Shown: positions 38,784 to 52,037 of the stretch, one piece after another
How positions within the stretch are numbered: position 1 is the stretch's first letter
Layout of the letters: each line of letters begins with the position of its first letter
Assembly: GCA_951406725.2 (NCBI GenBank)
Contig: OX597815.1
Coordinates: 200,136,001 to 200,200,000, forward strand
DNA from: Octopus vulgaris
Lineage: Eukaryota
DNA: 64,000 nt
Direction of reading: 5' to 3'
Translations under genes and position numbers: made by a program
Notes under the pieces: generated by a model
Database searches by the model: none
The model's input: only the letters and a program-made list of their open reading frames with translations
What the model was told of the DNA's origin: nothing

Positions 38784-39028
38784 TTAGAGATAAAACCACT
38801 ATTAGGCAAATCAAACAGTGAAAATCATAAACCAATACATAGAAATAAAATTAATTAATAAAAAATTATTTTAAATAATTTTCAAAATTTTAACTTTAAT
38901 TTAAATATTTTAAATTTTGAATTTTATATTTTATATATTTTTTATTAATTAATTTTATTTCTATGTATTGGTTTATGATTTTCACTGTTTAATTTGCCTA
39001 ATAGTGGTTTTATCTCAAATTTAATATA
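38671..39028. mobile_element. Second fold-back copy of the 33444 family, opposite orientation, shorter arms
   Basis: TTAAATTAGAGATAAAACCACTATTAGGCAAATCAAACA arms at about 38775-38865 and 38937-39028; extension 38671-38740 matches the reverse complement of 33805-33884. Confidence 0.88.
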
Positions 39029-39037
39029 ATATATATA

Positions 39038-39200
39038 TAATTATAATTTAGGGTATCTAAGAGATACCACCGCGCTGGAAATAGTAGCCAAAGCTGTCTT
39101 CTCTCCTGGTGGTGTATGAACATTTAATGCGGTTTTAGAGTCACGTTTTTACTGGTATTTCCAGCGTGGTGGTTTCTCTTAGATACCATAAATTATAATT
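39038..39200. repeat. Inverted repeat (about 48-bp arms) between (TA)n tracts
   Basis: AATTATAATTTAGGGTATCTAAGAGATACCACCGCGCTGGAAATA versus TATTTCCAGCGTGGTGGTTTCTCTTAGATACCATAAATTATAATT. Confidence 0.85.
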
Positions 39201-39779
39201 TTAATAATAATTATTACCTTTGAAGATTTTTATTGCCATGCTGGCCACCTGATATGATCGGTATTTAAATAACGATCTTATCCTTATTTATATATATATA
39301 TATATAGGTAAGTGTATATAAGTGTATATGTATATAACTGAATGTGCGTTTGTATATATATGCAAACACACATTCAATCATATACATATACACTCACATC
39401 TATCATATGTACACTCGCACATACATGCCCTTCTCACTCGCTAACATGTAAGGCTCGGCAGCATGTACTATAAATTTGATAGTTATTTTCGGTGCATTTC
39501 TAGCCTGGGCAAATGTGGTCAATTTCGTGATCTTCTCAATATTGATCAAACGGAATCACGTGGGGTGTGACAGACGTTGGAAACGATGGCTGCACCAGCA
39601 CTTTGCTGAGTAAAAAGGTAAAATGGAAATGAAATACTTTGCTGAAGATCATACCGCCTGGTTCGGAACTATAACACATGATCTTATGATCACATGCTAA
39701 AAATCTTCACTAGGCTACGTTCTGCTGGTTGTGACGGGAGATTATCTAAAGTAACAAACCCGAGCATTGTCAACTTTTA

Positions 39780-40350
39780 GATTATTTATCTCTTCCTGGT
39801 GTATCAACTGCATCAACATAAGAATCTTATGGTTCTAGCCACAATCCACTGATTGTCAGAGACTGCCAGCTTTTTAAACGTTGCCGGGTCCTTCGCGTTC
39901 AGATACGAAAATCCTCTACGAAGGAAATGTAATCTGTTCCTGTAATAAAGAAGCATTTTAAGATGTCAGACTGTCTCAGCACGCCAGAGTTCATTCATAG
40001 AATGTAGGGCTTCATCTGCGATAAATTCTGCTGATTGCTGGAGGTCGTAGCCAAGCAGATCAATGGAATAGAGGCCAATATCAGATGTATGATACACAAT
40101 ATCATCAAGTATATGTTCATCATGAAAAAACCTTTTTCAACATAAAAAAGAACTGTAAGAGTTTGATCTTGTAATCCTAGCGTCATGGGCTTTCTAGCTC
40201 TCTTAATTTGAACACTCAGCACTGTTGCGTTTGCGACAATGTTGGAAGCTGGGCCAATAAGCAGAACCCCAGAAAGCTAAGGATTAGTTGGAACTTTCAC
40301 AATACGAATAGTGTGCAGCAAGTGGTGCTAGAAGGTGTTCAACCTAGTCG
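39780..40350 (-). pseudogene. Decayed coding segment, possibly the inverted N-terminal part of the adjacent Penelope-like element
   Basis: Minus frame FHDEHILDDIVYHTSDIGLYSIDLLGYDLQQSAEFIADEALHSMNELWRAETV*HLKMLLYYRNRLHFLRRGF.. Confidence 0.4.
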
Positions 40351-41260
40351 CAGATAACTACAAGATCCTAATAAACAGCAGCTATTCAAAATCTTTCGCT
40401 TTTCAAAAGTACACGATTAAAGTTAATATTAATAAATATCATAAGAATATTCCCGGAAACGACAGGTGTTCCTTAAATTTACATTACTTACACGACCATT
40501 ATTGCAATCCACCAAGCGATGTGCATGGAGGGACTAAACAAAAGTATGGTATACACCGGCCCATCCTTGAGAAAATTCTTGTCTAGAAATCGAAGTATAA
40601 ATTGCCCTTTCAACGACTTTAAAATGTGCTCGATCGCCTACGTAGTATATGAAGTTGTCTGCAGTAAATGCGTTTCATTTTACATTGACAGCCCCAAGAG
40701 AAAACTGCATAACCGTCTTAACACGTATGTGCAAACATTTAAGTTCATAAACACATGCAGAAGTGCTAGCCCCAGGAGTTTTATTGTAATTATCAGAGCC
40801 ACGGAATACAACGTAAACAATCCTAGATTCAAGGAAGCTCTTAATTAGATTTACCCATCAATAAACAGCAGACTGGTTAAAATTTCAATGTCAGTTTTCG
40901 AGAATCAGTACGATATCCCACGTATCTGAGCGAAGATAAAAGCGCGATAGAATCTCAAATTTTTCCACCTCCTCCTATGAAATTTTCCACCGTTTTTAAA
41001 AAATAAATTTTAAGCTAACATTTTATAAACATGTATACTATTTAATCAACTATGAATCTATCTTATTTAATTCAAGAAGACGCCTATCGATTCGACTCGA
41101 TAATATATTGCTAGTTATAACAATTTAGTTTGGTAGGTCAGTGACTACTAGGCGGAAAAGAATATATCCTTTTTGGAAGGGGAGAATCATCTCCGTAAGA
41201 AGATCTGCATATCCTTCCTATTTGTCTTTGAGAACAAAAACATGTTTTTATATCGGCTGC
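40351..41260 (+). mobile_element. Penelope-like element 3' fragment (GIY-YIG endonuclease pseudogene 40519-40848 plus tail)
   Basis: C..F..C...VVYEVVCSKC..FYIDSPKRKLHNRL...RFKEAL matches the PLE GIY-YIG pattern VY.I.CxxC...YIG.T.R.L..R...EA; decayed HHR AGAAGA-CGCCTA..TAGGCG-GAAA at 41071-41165. Confidence 0.8.
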
Positions 41261-41271
41261 AAGCCCCCCCC

Positions 41272-41309
<38 letters not shown>

Positions 41310-41312
<3 letters not shown>

Positions 41313-41530
41313 GGGAGAATTCCTCCCTCACCCAAAACAAAAGACGAAGACAGGTGGTGTAGACAACAAACAGATGTATTAGTATAGAGCTTGGGAAGTG
41401 AACAAGTCTTTAACGTTTCGAGCCTACGCTCTTCAACAGAAAGGAACACTGAAAGAAACAAAGAGAGAAAATAAAGAAGGAGAGGAAATAAAAATGTGTA
41501 TTGGCTAGCGATCTATCATGGCGAATGATA
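41310..41530 (-). mobile_element. Short HHR-bearing element (family H, subfamily b) between (TA)n tracts
   Basis: HHR at 41408-41443 CTTT-CTGTTGA-AGAGCGTAGGCTC-GAAACGTT-AAAG; partial related copy at about 34265-34352. Confidence 0.8.
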
Positions 41531-41582
41531 TATATATAACTATAGATATGTATATATCTAAATACCTATACTCACGTACATT

Positions 41583-41787
41583 CGAGAAGGTACTGAAAAA
41601 TTCTTAGCTTTAAGGCCTTGCTGGAGGCCCAGACTTCCGAGTTATTTACAGGGCTAAGAAAAACTAAAGGACCACTGAAATAACTGTGTGAACCCGATAG
41701 GGGAAAATATGTTGAATAAGATCATAATTAATTGATCCTGTTGTATTTTCTTTTACCCAAATCAAGGAAATGTTCTGCAACCCCTCG
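41583..41787 (+). mobile_element. Mariner-like deletion derivative
   Basis: Degenerate TIRs CGAGAAGGTACTGAAAAATTCTT / AGGAAATGTTCTGCAACCCCTCG; internal ..TGTGTG..GGGGAAAATATGTTGAATAA resembles a mariner transposase C-terminus. Confidence 0.6.
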
Positions 41788-42330
41788 CGTTTTAGCGTGT
41801 AATTTCAAGAAAAAACCTCAACTCACATCAAATTCTATCCCCTTCTCTATCACTCTCTTCCTCTCAGCCACTCATTCCTTCCTTCTGTTTTTATATCACT
41901 TGCACACACATATATATAGAAATATATATTGGCAAAACACAGAATACACACGTAAATGTGTATATGTGCAGGCATATATACTTATATACATACATGAATA
42001 CATACAGCACACAAACACACGCACACGTGTCTATAAATGTGTTTTATTTGTATGCATTCTTAAGGCTTCTAAAATGTTTAAAACATTCAAAATCTATTAC
42101 AGCTACATATATCATGGCAGTTTTATCACAACAAGCTCGCATCACTTCATAACAACCTTCACATCCCTTTCTTGCCCACTTCATCTACACACCGACTGGT
42201 TCTCCATTTAATTGTGTGTGTGTATCTCTCTCTCTTTGCTTCTCCATCTCTTTGTTTCTCTTTCTCACTCTCCTTCACCATCTGTGAAATCTATCTACCT
42301 TTACTTCTCTCTTGTCCTGTTTCTGTAATG

Positions 42331-42389
<59 letters not shown>

Positions 42390-42859
42390 GATAAACGCAT
42401 ATATTGCCCGTTTGAAATGAGGACATGTTCGTGCAGCGTTTTTGTCTTCTTTTAGACGTATTATGGAGGCATTTCATTATACTTTCATTTCCTCTTAGGT
42501 CTTGTAATACTGGTGCTAGACATGATATAATCTCCTGCTTAGAATTATTAGGAAATTGTACAAAACTTCTCGATTGACTGCTAGTCGACTTTGTGAATAA
42601 AAATAATTTCACTCTTCGCTCATAAATACAATAAGCAAGTTAAGTATAGAATAAAAAAAAAGAAAGAAAGAAAACGAAAATGAAAACAAAACTGTTTACA
42701 CATTTTATTAACTTGATTAAATAGACTAAGCCCACCCTGGCAATAAAATAAAATATAAAACAAAAGTATCACGCCGTATACAGTAACACACATTGAGGCA
42801 CAATGTGAGAGCAGAGAAATAGGTTTATATACATTTCTCAGTTTCAGATATAAACATAT

Positions 42860-43961
42860 ATGCAAACACACACATGCATATATATATGTGTGTATGTATA
42901 TATATATGTATATCATATGCACCTATTTATATAAATATTGAGAAAATAAAGCAACGCGTAAATACATACGCTCATTGCAATACAGGCAGGCAGTTTAAAC
43001 ATACATACACACGTACATAGATACATACATATATAAATACATATACATACACACACACATATATATAGAGACATGTATGTATATATATATATATATTTAT
43101 ATATATATACGTGTATACGTATGTTTAAACATCTATATATATGTATATATATAAACATACGTATACATATATCTGTGTGTATATATATGCAAATGTATAT
43201 ATGTATATATACATGCATATGTATATGCACATATATATATATATATATATATATATGCATATATATATATATATATAAATATACACATATACAATTATAT
43301 GTATAAATATATAAATATATATGTATATATGTAAATACATATATATAAGTATATATATATATGTATATCATACATATATATATGTATATATACACACACA
43401 TATATATGTGTATATATATATACATATATGTTTAAATGCTTATATAAACACTTACACACCTATTTGAATATATTAGTTTGCATATATAGGCTTGTAAGTG
43501 TTTGTATGTGTGTGTGGGTATATATATATGCATATGCATATACGTATATACACATACGTGTATATAGAAACAAACATTCGTCTCTGCATGTCTCCCTCTG
43601 TGTCTCTCTCTGTTTATATATATGTATGTGTATATATATATAATATATGCATGTATGTATACATATATATGCATTCACATGTGTATAAGCTTATATATAA
43701 ATACATAATAATAGGAAAGATAACATAATGAAGCACAACGCGTTTCCTACATATATATTTGTATTTTTATATGTGTGTATGTACTTGCTGATATAAACAG
43801 GAAAACAGAACTCAAACCATGAGTATGTGTATATATTTTGTCATTAATATATAATATATAACACATATACGTATATATGTGTGTGAATGTGTATTTATGT
43901 ATGTATGTTTGTATGTGTATGCCAAATTACATTTTCTGTCACAATCATAGACATATATATG

Positions 43962-44012
<51 letters not shown>

Positions 44013-44050
44013 AAACGCATACACACACATCTATGCAGAGATACATATAT
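42860..44050. repeat. Degenerate (TA)/(CA)/(TG) low-complexity region
   Basis: Directly visible. Confidence 0.9.
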
Positions 44051-44538
44051 TTTCCAAGAGAAGAAAATGAGGTGAAATTAAAGTAGATAGAAACTAAAAA
44101 TAAAAACAAAAGCAAAGCAAAACAAAAACTTAGAATAAAAGAAATTAGATCAAGAAGCAAAACAGAAAAAAAATACCCAAAAAAAAAGTAGAATGCGGCG
44201 GGCAGAGAAGAAGGTGAAGAAGGAGAAAGAGAAAGAGAAGAGGTAGGGGAGGAAGGAGAAGACGACAAAATAATCAATTACTAAGTAAGAAAAGATCAAA
44301 AACAATAACATTGAATGGCAGAAATATTAAAAGAAAAAAAACAAGATGGACGCTATTATATTGATTTTTTTTTCATTGAGTCTTGCGGTGAGATTCTGCA
44401 TTTTGTTTTCAACTGGAGGCTTAAATAAACAGACACCTAATTTCTGCCAAAGTCTTCGAACTGTGTTCCTTCTTTAATTTGATATTGTTGTTGTTGTAAT
44501 TGTATATTTTTTATGTTTTGCTAGAAAAAAATTGTATA

Positions 44539-44583
<45 letters not shown>

Positions 44584-44830
44584 TGATTGATTGCGTTAAC
44601 TTAGTAAATATGCATAAAGGTGCAACTGCCACAACGGAACGCGTACGTGCGCGCGTACACACACACATATGCAGGAAATCACGCACACACATATGGACGC
44701 AAATATATATATATATATACACTAGAATGCAAAGACGCAAGTTGTTACACATCTCCCCTCTGTAAAAGTGGATACGCACAATGTTCATGCACTCACAGTC
44801 AAATTTATATACATATTTGTCTAAATTTTC

Positions 44831-44889
<59 letters not shown>

Positions 44890-44996
44890 GCATATACATG
44901 TATATACATTTATTTATATATATATATATATATCTGTGTATATATTTGTATACAAAAATATGTATTCATACAAACATATATACATATACCTATATA

Positions 44997-45073
<77 letters not shown>

Positions 45074-46258
45074 ATATGTGTTTATATACATAAATTCATA
45101 TATGTGTATGTGCATGTCCTCTCTTTGTGTTTGTATGTGTGTGTGTGTGTTTGAATGTGTGCGTGCGTGCGTATTTGTTTGCTTGGAATAAATATAATAT
45201 ATGAATTTCCAAATGTCTGTTTGTATTCGCGATCGACTGCGTATAAAACAGAGTATAAAACGTGTTTTCGATGATTTTTTATGAGTATAAGCGACGTTTC
45301 CGCTGTTAACCGAATATCTTCAAGTGCATGAAAAAGCACAACTAGCGCACACACTCACGCGCATGAGTAGCTGAAAACGTTTGCGTGTGTGTAATTGTTT
45401 GTGTGTGTGTCTGGTAGAACACGCCGAATAAATGTTACTGAGTATATACACTCAGCATGAGTATATAATATATGTAATGTTATATTTGTAGAATTTAGAA
45501 AAATGAATAAACCGATTTAAAATAACGTTTCACAAGCAAACACACACATACACACACATACACACACACATACACACACACGTACACACACACATACACA
45601 CACACGCACACTCGCACATATATATAGACATATTCTCTTATTCTTTTACTTGTTTCAGTCATTTGACTGTGGCCATGCTCGATCACCACCTTTAGTCGAA
45701 GAAATCGCCCCCAGGACTTATTTTTTGTAAGCCTAGTAATTTTTTCCCCACAATAAGTGGGAAGAAACAAAATTTCTTTATTCTCAACGGGCTGGCTCGC
45801 AAAACTGCGAGTCTCCTCTGGGGTGTGAAACAACAATCACACCGTTGCATTTTTGACTCCGCTAGAGATATACTTAATGGTTGGCAGATATTCCGCCAAC
45901 TCCTGCTCAATCATCTGCTAGGAAAAAACGGTAATGGTGTCGAGAACCTTCGAATACGTTCTCAACACGACCGTCCTCTCCTCTTGCTGTCTGTACCACT
46001 CCTTAGATGGGACAATCTCCCACTCTACAATCTTATCCGTATTTTTTTGCCATGTTTTAAATAAAAAATTTCAAAAACTTCAAAACAGTAGTTCACAAAA
46101 AGAGAAAGAGAGAATTCAAAAGAAAATAAAAGGGAAGAATAAAAGCAAACAGTTGAATAAAAAAAATCGCAGTAGAAGAAGATAACAACTGTTAAAAAAA
46201 AACACAGCAAAAAATCTTCTAGACATTCAGGTACTCCAATTAGAACCTGGACTTCTCC

Positions 46259-46520
46259 ACTTGAAATACAGCTTTCCAACGTAGTTGTAAAATACACACT
46301 AGTTACAAACAACGAACGACTTTTGGTGGCAGGATACGTCACCAAACTGTATTTCTTACAATGAGAAAAAAATTTCACATGATGTGAACACTTGAAACAC
46401 AGTTTTCAATAATGGTAAATGTTGTTGTAAAAACATACACTGTTAAAAAGTGGACGACTTTTGGCTGAAGGATACGCCCACCAAACTGTACTTCACACTA
46501 TGAGAAAACATTTTCATTTA
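46259..46520. repeat. Diverged tandem duplication, about 131-bp unit x2
   Basis: ACTTGAAA.ACAG.TTT..ACGACTTTTGG..AGGATACG..ACCAAACTGTA..TGAGAAAA occurs twice. Confidence 0.75.
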
Positions 46521-46859
46521 ATATGAACTATATTGCTGAACCGCACGTAGACCAACATCCTGAATCCAGTGAGGATTCCCTGTTTGTAAAAACAAATGCA
46601 CAGACAACGATCCTCACTGGGTCCAAGAGAAAAGTCTTACCTTGCAACGGCTTCTTTTGGCAGGCTAAACACTGCCGGCTATCTTCTTCAGTGCACAACG
46701 CAATAACACATGCGCACACTGACAACAAAGACTCATGGGAAGTAAGCAAGCTATTACCTCACAGCCACTTCTGCGCCTATAAATGTAAATATATGATTTG
46801 CTTTGATTTGCTCTAGTTTCAGCTCATGAGTTGTGGCCATGCTGGTACACCGCAATTTC

Positions 46860-47190
46860 GTGTTGCTACATAATTTTACTTGACTAGTACTTCTCAGAAA
46901 TTAACGTTTGGTGCATGAGGGCGTTTGATATCGCTGCCCTCATCTGCACTTCCAGCTGTGAAGTTGGTTCATCCAGGACACATGGCAATAAGAGTTCTAG
47001 TTTCGTTTTGAAGATACCTACATGCACACCATGTAGGTCTCTCAGGTCTTTCCGCAGGATATTGAAGAGCTGTTGTAATATCATGTCCTATATATTGATG
47101 GCAAATTTGGCGTCGTTGGCACTATGCAGTTGCGCTTTGTTCTAGTATTAGTGTAACTCTAGATGCCAAAGTTTGGGACAATATATTTAT
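46860..47190 (-). mobile_element. 3' end of a second, decayed CR1-group LINE
   Basis: QLFNILRKDLRDLHGV.VGIFKTKLELLL..VLDEPT....MRAA.SNAL.HQ is a typical LINE ORF2 C-terminus. Confidence 0.75.
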
Positions 47191-48283
47191 GTACATGTTA
47201 ATGACAAAATATACATACTCATGTTTAGAGTTCTGTTTCCCAGTTTATGTGACCAAACACATACAGACATATGCAAAAAGAAAAAAGAAAAAAACCATAT
47301 GTAGGAAACACGTTGTGCTTCACGATGTCAGTTTTGTTCTTATTATCTCTTCGCATGTACATTTATAGAAATGTGAAAAAATGAAAAAAAAAGAAAGCAA
47401 AGAAAATGAAAGAGAAAAGAGGAAAAAATTCATAGTAACAATGCTCAATACACGTGACGTACCAGTTAAGGTACTTTTTCGCACTTTTGAAACCACCATT
47501 ATTATTATTATTGTTAGCGGGATCCGTGAATATCTCACGGATTTATTGGTAAATCTATTGGGTTATTTCTGAAAACTTAGTCCAAAAATTTGAAAGCGTA
47601 GGCTGTGTTGTGTCTGTAGGAAAGATGGTCGCTCACCTGTTACTCATTGAAAGGAGTAAGAAATTGGAATGTGATGATTACTTAATGTACTTTATATATA
47701 CACCTTATATACTTTATGCACAATTTTATAGATTTAATACACAGCACTCATAAAATAAATATTCACTCTTATTTTTCCATTTCTTCCATAAGGAAACAAA
47801 CCAACAAAAAATATCCCGTGCATATGATACAACCTTTAGTGAAATTTGAAATTACATAAATAAATTACACAAATAAACGTGAATATTTCACAGAATTGCA
47901 CTTATACGCATGCGTTAAGTGACGGATTAATATAAACAAAAACTTAGTTCAATTAGAAAAAAATACACTTTTCATTATCCTATCACCACTGCCACGACCT
48001 CCAACACCACCGCCTCGGAAAAAAAACAAAACACAGAGAGCATTTTCCAACTTCCAGCTGATCTTGTCACGTCGCCGGCTGAGGTGGTTGATTTTAGGCA
48101 CAAGCTAATTTGAAAACTGGGCGTTAGTCACTACCATTTATCTCAATACCTGCCTGGGAATTGGTTTCATCAATATCAACAGCATGAAATTAAAGTTGAC
48201 ATCAGCGGGATTTGAAATTAGTATCTCTGCCATTAGATGTTTTTCTAAGGCTCCAAATACTATAACTGTATTCTGTTTTTTTT

Positions 48284-49067
48284 TATTTCTTTATTACCCA
48301 CAAGGTGCTAAACATAGAGGGGACAAACAAGGACAGACAAAGGGATTAAGTCGATTACATCGATCACAGTGCGTAACTGGTACTTAATTTATCGACCCCG
48401 AAAGGATGAAAAGCAAAGTCGACCTCGGCGGAATTTGAACTCAGAACGTAACGGCAGACGAAATACCTATTTCTTTACTACCCGCAAGGGGCTAAACACA
48501 GAGAGGACAAACAAGGACAGACACACGGATTAAGTCGATTGCATCGACCCCCAGTGCGTAACTGGTAATTATTTAATCGATCCCGAAAGGATGAAAAGCA
48601 AAGTCGACCTCGGCGGAATTTGAACTCAGAACGTAACGGCAGACGAAATACCTATTTCTTTACTACCCGCAAGGGGCTAAACACAGAGAGGACAAACAAG
48701 GACAGACACACGGATTAAGTCGATTGCATCGACCCCAGTGCGTAACTGGTACTTAATTTATCGACCCCGAAAGGATGAAAAGCAAAGTCGACCTCGGCGG
48801 AATTTGAACTCAGAACGTAACGGCAGACGAAATACCTATTTCTTTACTACCCGCAAGGGGCTAAACACAGAGAGGACAAACAAGGACAGACACACGGATT
48901 AAGTCGATTGCATCGACCCCAGTGCGTAACTGGTAATTATTTAATCGACCCCGAAAGGATGAAAGACAAAGTCGATCTCGGCGGAATTTGAACTCAGAAC
49001 GTAGCGGTGGACGAAATACCACAAAGCATTTCGCCCGGCGTGCTAACGTTTCTGCCAGCTCGCCGCC
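48284..49067 (-). mobile_element. S1 tandem tetramer (184-185-bp units; only the first has the complete head)
   Basis: Identical junctions GAAATAC|CTATTTCTTTA at about 48467, 48652 and 48836. Confidence 0.93.
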
Positions 49068-49867
49068 TTTGTTTTTGTTCATGACACAAGCCAACAATCG
49101 TTGTGGTGTGCTTTCTCCAGGAGGAAGTTCCTCAATGACAGTGATTCATAACATTTAAATATATCGTGACGAGACTAAACTGAGTGTGGGAAGAAATGTT
49201 GTTTTCTCGATATTACTTTCAATTGATTCTTATTCATTTATTTTTCTTGCGACAACATTTGCAGGTACTCTTAGTAAAAAAAAAAACCCAAAAAGAAACC
49301 AAAAAAAACCAAAAAAAAACAAAGAGCACTTTCAGTTTAGTGCTCAAGGCCTCATACGATGCAAAGGGACATTATTTATTCATAGACTTTATCGCTGTAC
49401 GATAAGCAATTCGTTTCAATTCCACTAGGTGTAACAAGGGGGAAAAAAATAAATGTGTTTGTCTTTGCAAAGGCAGTCAAAGCACCACTAAAATGAATAC
49501 ATACAAACAGCCTCGAGAAAACAGAAAAAAAAGCAAAAAGCCAGAAACGAAGACACTCGAAAATTAACCGAGTGTATTTAACGAAAACAATAATAGTTTT
49601 TGTCCGAGTATTAGTAAATTGTGAGAAGCGGGTTAGAATTACTTGGGTAATGAAGGAAGAGATCACAAATGAAATATAACGAGATATACAATTTCTCACA
49701 ATCTTTCTAATTACTGTTATTCTTTTTCCTAATACGATTCAATGACAGACGTAATTGCTGCATCATAGGTTTGCTGCAACATTTCTTCCAAGCTATGATT
49801 ATTCATGCTATATTATCTCCACTGTAGGGCATAAAAGATAAATATAATTATGGTAGTATTACTATAT

Positions 49868-50288
49868 AGGCGCAGGAATGGCTGTGTGGTAAGTAGCTTG
49901 CTAACCAACCACATGGTTCCGGGTTCAGTCCCACTGCGTTGCATCTTGGGCAAGTGTCTTCTGCTTTAGCCCCGGGCCGACCAATGCCTTGTGAGTGGAT
50001 TTGGTAGACGGAAACTGAAAGAAGCCTGTCGTATATATGTATATATATATATATGTATATGTGTGTGTGTGTTTGTGTGTCTGTGTTTGTCCCCCTAGCA
50101 TTGCTTGACAACCGATGCTGGTGTGTTTATGTCCCCGTTACTTAGCGGTTCGGCAAAAGAGACCGATATAATAAGTACTGGGCTTACAAAAAAAAAAAAA
50201 AAAGAATAAGTCCCGGGGTCGAGTTGCTCGATTAAAGGCGGTGCTCCAGCATGGCAGCAGTCAAATGACTGAAACAAGTAAAAGAGTA
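49868..50288 (+). mobile_element. SINE S2, full-length
   Basis: Head, CORE-like box, internal microsatellite, tail GAAACAAGTAAAAGAGT. Confidence 0.92.
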
Positions 50289-50845
50289 TATTAACAACAA
50301 CTTTTATAATTGGTAAAGCTGCTAATATTTCAGTGCAGTTTTGAGCCTATCTTCTGTTGCTGTTCTCAGAATCAGCTTGGCTGTGTGTTTTGAAAATAAC
50401 CACACTTTGGTTTGTTGGATTTTCCGAATGTTTTATTTATCCATCTTGCCGCATTTACAGATTTACACCCAATAAATTAATATTATTGAAGTGCTAAAGG
50501 GCACCATGAATCAGTGCATATAATGAATATTCGTTGATTGACACTACTTGCTAAGGCTGGGAATAGGAGAGAAAGATGAGAAGGATGAGAAAGATTAGAG
50601 GCTAACGGATAAAAACGACCGACCCGTACATATATGGAATTAGCTCGCCATTAAATAACTGCCAGCCCAGAAGGTTCGCCAATATCCATTTGGTGTGAGA
50701 AATTGCACGCTTCATTTGAAGTTCCCTTTTAGCTATTAACAAGTTACCCAGTGCTGGTTGGTCAAGCCATAGTTGCGTAGGCGTTAATACGTTTTATAGC
50801 AGCCATTTTCCTTTTATAAAGACATATTAACTTGTGATCGTAGAC

Positions 50846-51530
50846 TGCGAAAATTTGACAAGTTCGGTTCAGATCTCAGTGGGATTCCCGCTGCATTTGC
50901 TACAGAGGGCATCGCCACAGTGTTGATGTTAGCTTAGTTACGTCACTTAGTACACATCCCTCACAATTTCAATGAATTCTTCTTATACAAATGCATATTA
51001 AACCCACACGCACGCATAAGCAAGCAAGTATTAAGGTGAATGCCATTACTTTCCTTCTCTTAGGTAATACACACAAGGACATCGCTAAAGTTTACATATG
51101 GTTGCATGATGAGTGTTTCATCACTTCTAGTTCTACGTTAAATGGTACTCCTTAGAGAAACAGAATGCATTGAAACATACTACAATGAACACCCTGGCAG
51201 CGTTGCGAAAATGTGACAAATTTAGTCCAGATCTCAGCGGGATTCCCGCTGCATTTGCTACTGAGGGCATCGCCACAGTGTTGATGTTAGTTTAGTTATG
51301 TCAATTAGCACAAATCCCTCACAATTTCAATGCGTTCTTCTTATACAAATGCATATTAATCCCACACGCACGCACAAGCAAGTACTTAGGCGAATGCCGT
51401 TACTTCCCTTCATCTAAGTAATAAACACAAGGACATCGCTAAGGTTTACATATGGTTGCATGATGAGTACTTCATCCCTTCTAGTTCTACATTAAATGGT
51501 ACTCCTTAGAGAAACAAAATACATTTAAAC
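50846..51530. repeat. Tandem duplication, about 358-bp period
   Basis: 50846-51176 and 51204-51530 are collinear with scattered substitutions. Confidence 0.92.
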
Positions 51531-51574
51531 GTAATTCTACCTATTTTCTCACAACATTGATGTCCTTTGAATAT

Positions 51575-51770
51575 TGATTTCAACTTTTGGCACAAGGTTA
51601 GCAAATTTTGGGGAAGGTTAAGTCCATTACATCGGTCCCAGTGTTTAACTGGTACTTATTTTATCAACTCCGAAAGGATGAAAGGCAAAGTCAATCTTGA
51701 CGGAATTTAAACTCAGAACGTAAAGACAGATGAAATTCCGTAAAGTATTTTCCTGGGATGCTAACGATTT
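51575..51770 (-). mobile_element. SINE S1 (older subfamily)
   Basis: S1 core. Confidence 0.8.
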
Positions 51771-52037
51771 GAGAACTAATTCCAGTATTAGTTTGGTATA
51801 CGAATTTACTTTACCACCTACAACACCATTTGGTATATTTAAACGGGCTTCTCCATGTCAATGCATGATACCCTTCACTTTCACAAACACCAGATTATTT
51901 TAATTCCAATTTCATAATCTTTCAGATCATTTTAATTCAAATTAATTTATCTTTCCGTAATGAGCTGTGAGTATATGTTTGTGTCCATACTTAATATCAA
52001 TCCTGCCAAATATTTACACACAATATTCCTTTTCTAC

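Noticed and set aside
42913-45191. Many YIYI/CVCV/HTHT ORFs (also near 5.3, 8.5, 18, 21.5, 54.7 and 61.8 kb)
   Set aside because: Dinucleotide microsatellites lack stop codons; no domain content
48284-49067. CRISPR-like regular array
   Set aside because: Whole units repeat with no unique spacers; they are SINE multimers in eukaryotic DNA
51105-51165. C/D snoRNA box C (ATGATGA) in the tandem duplication
   Set aside because: No properly placed box D (CTGA) or terminal stem
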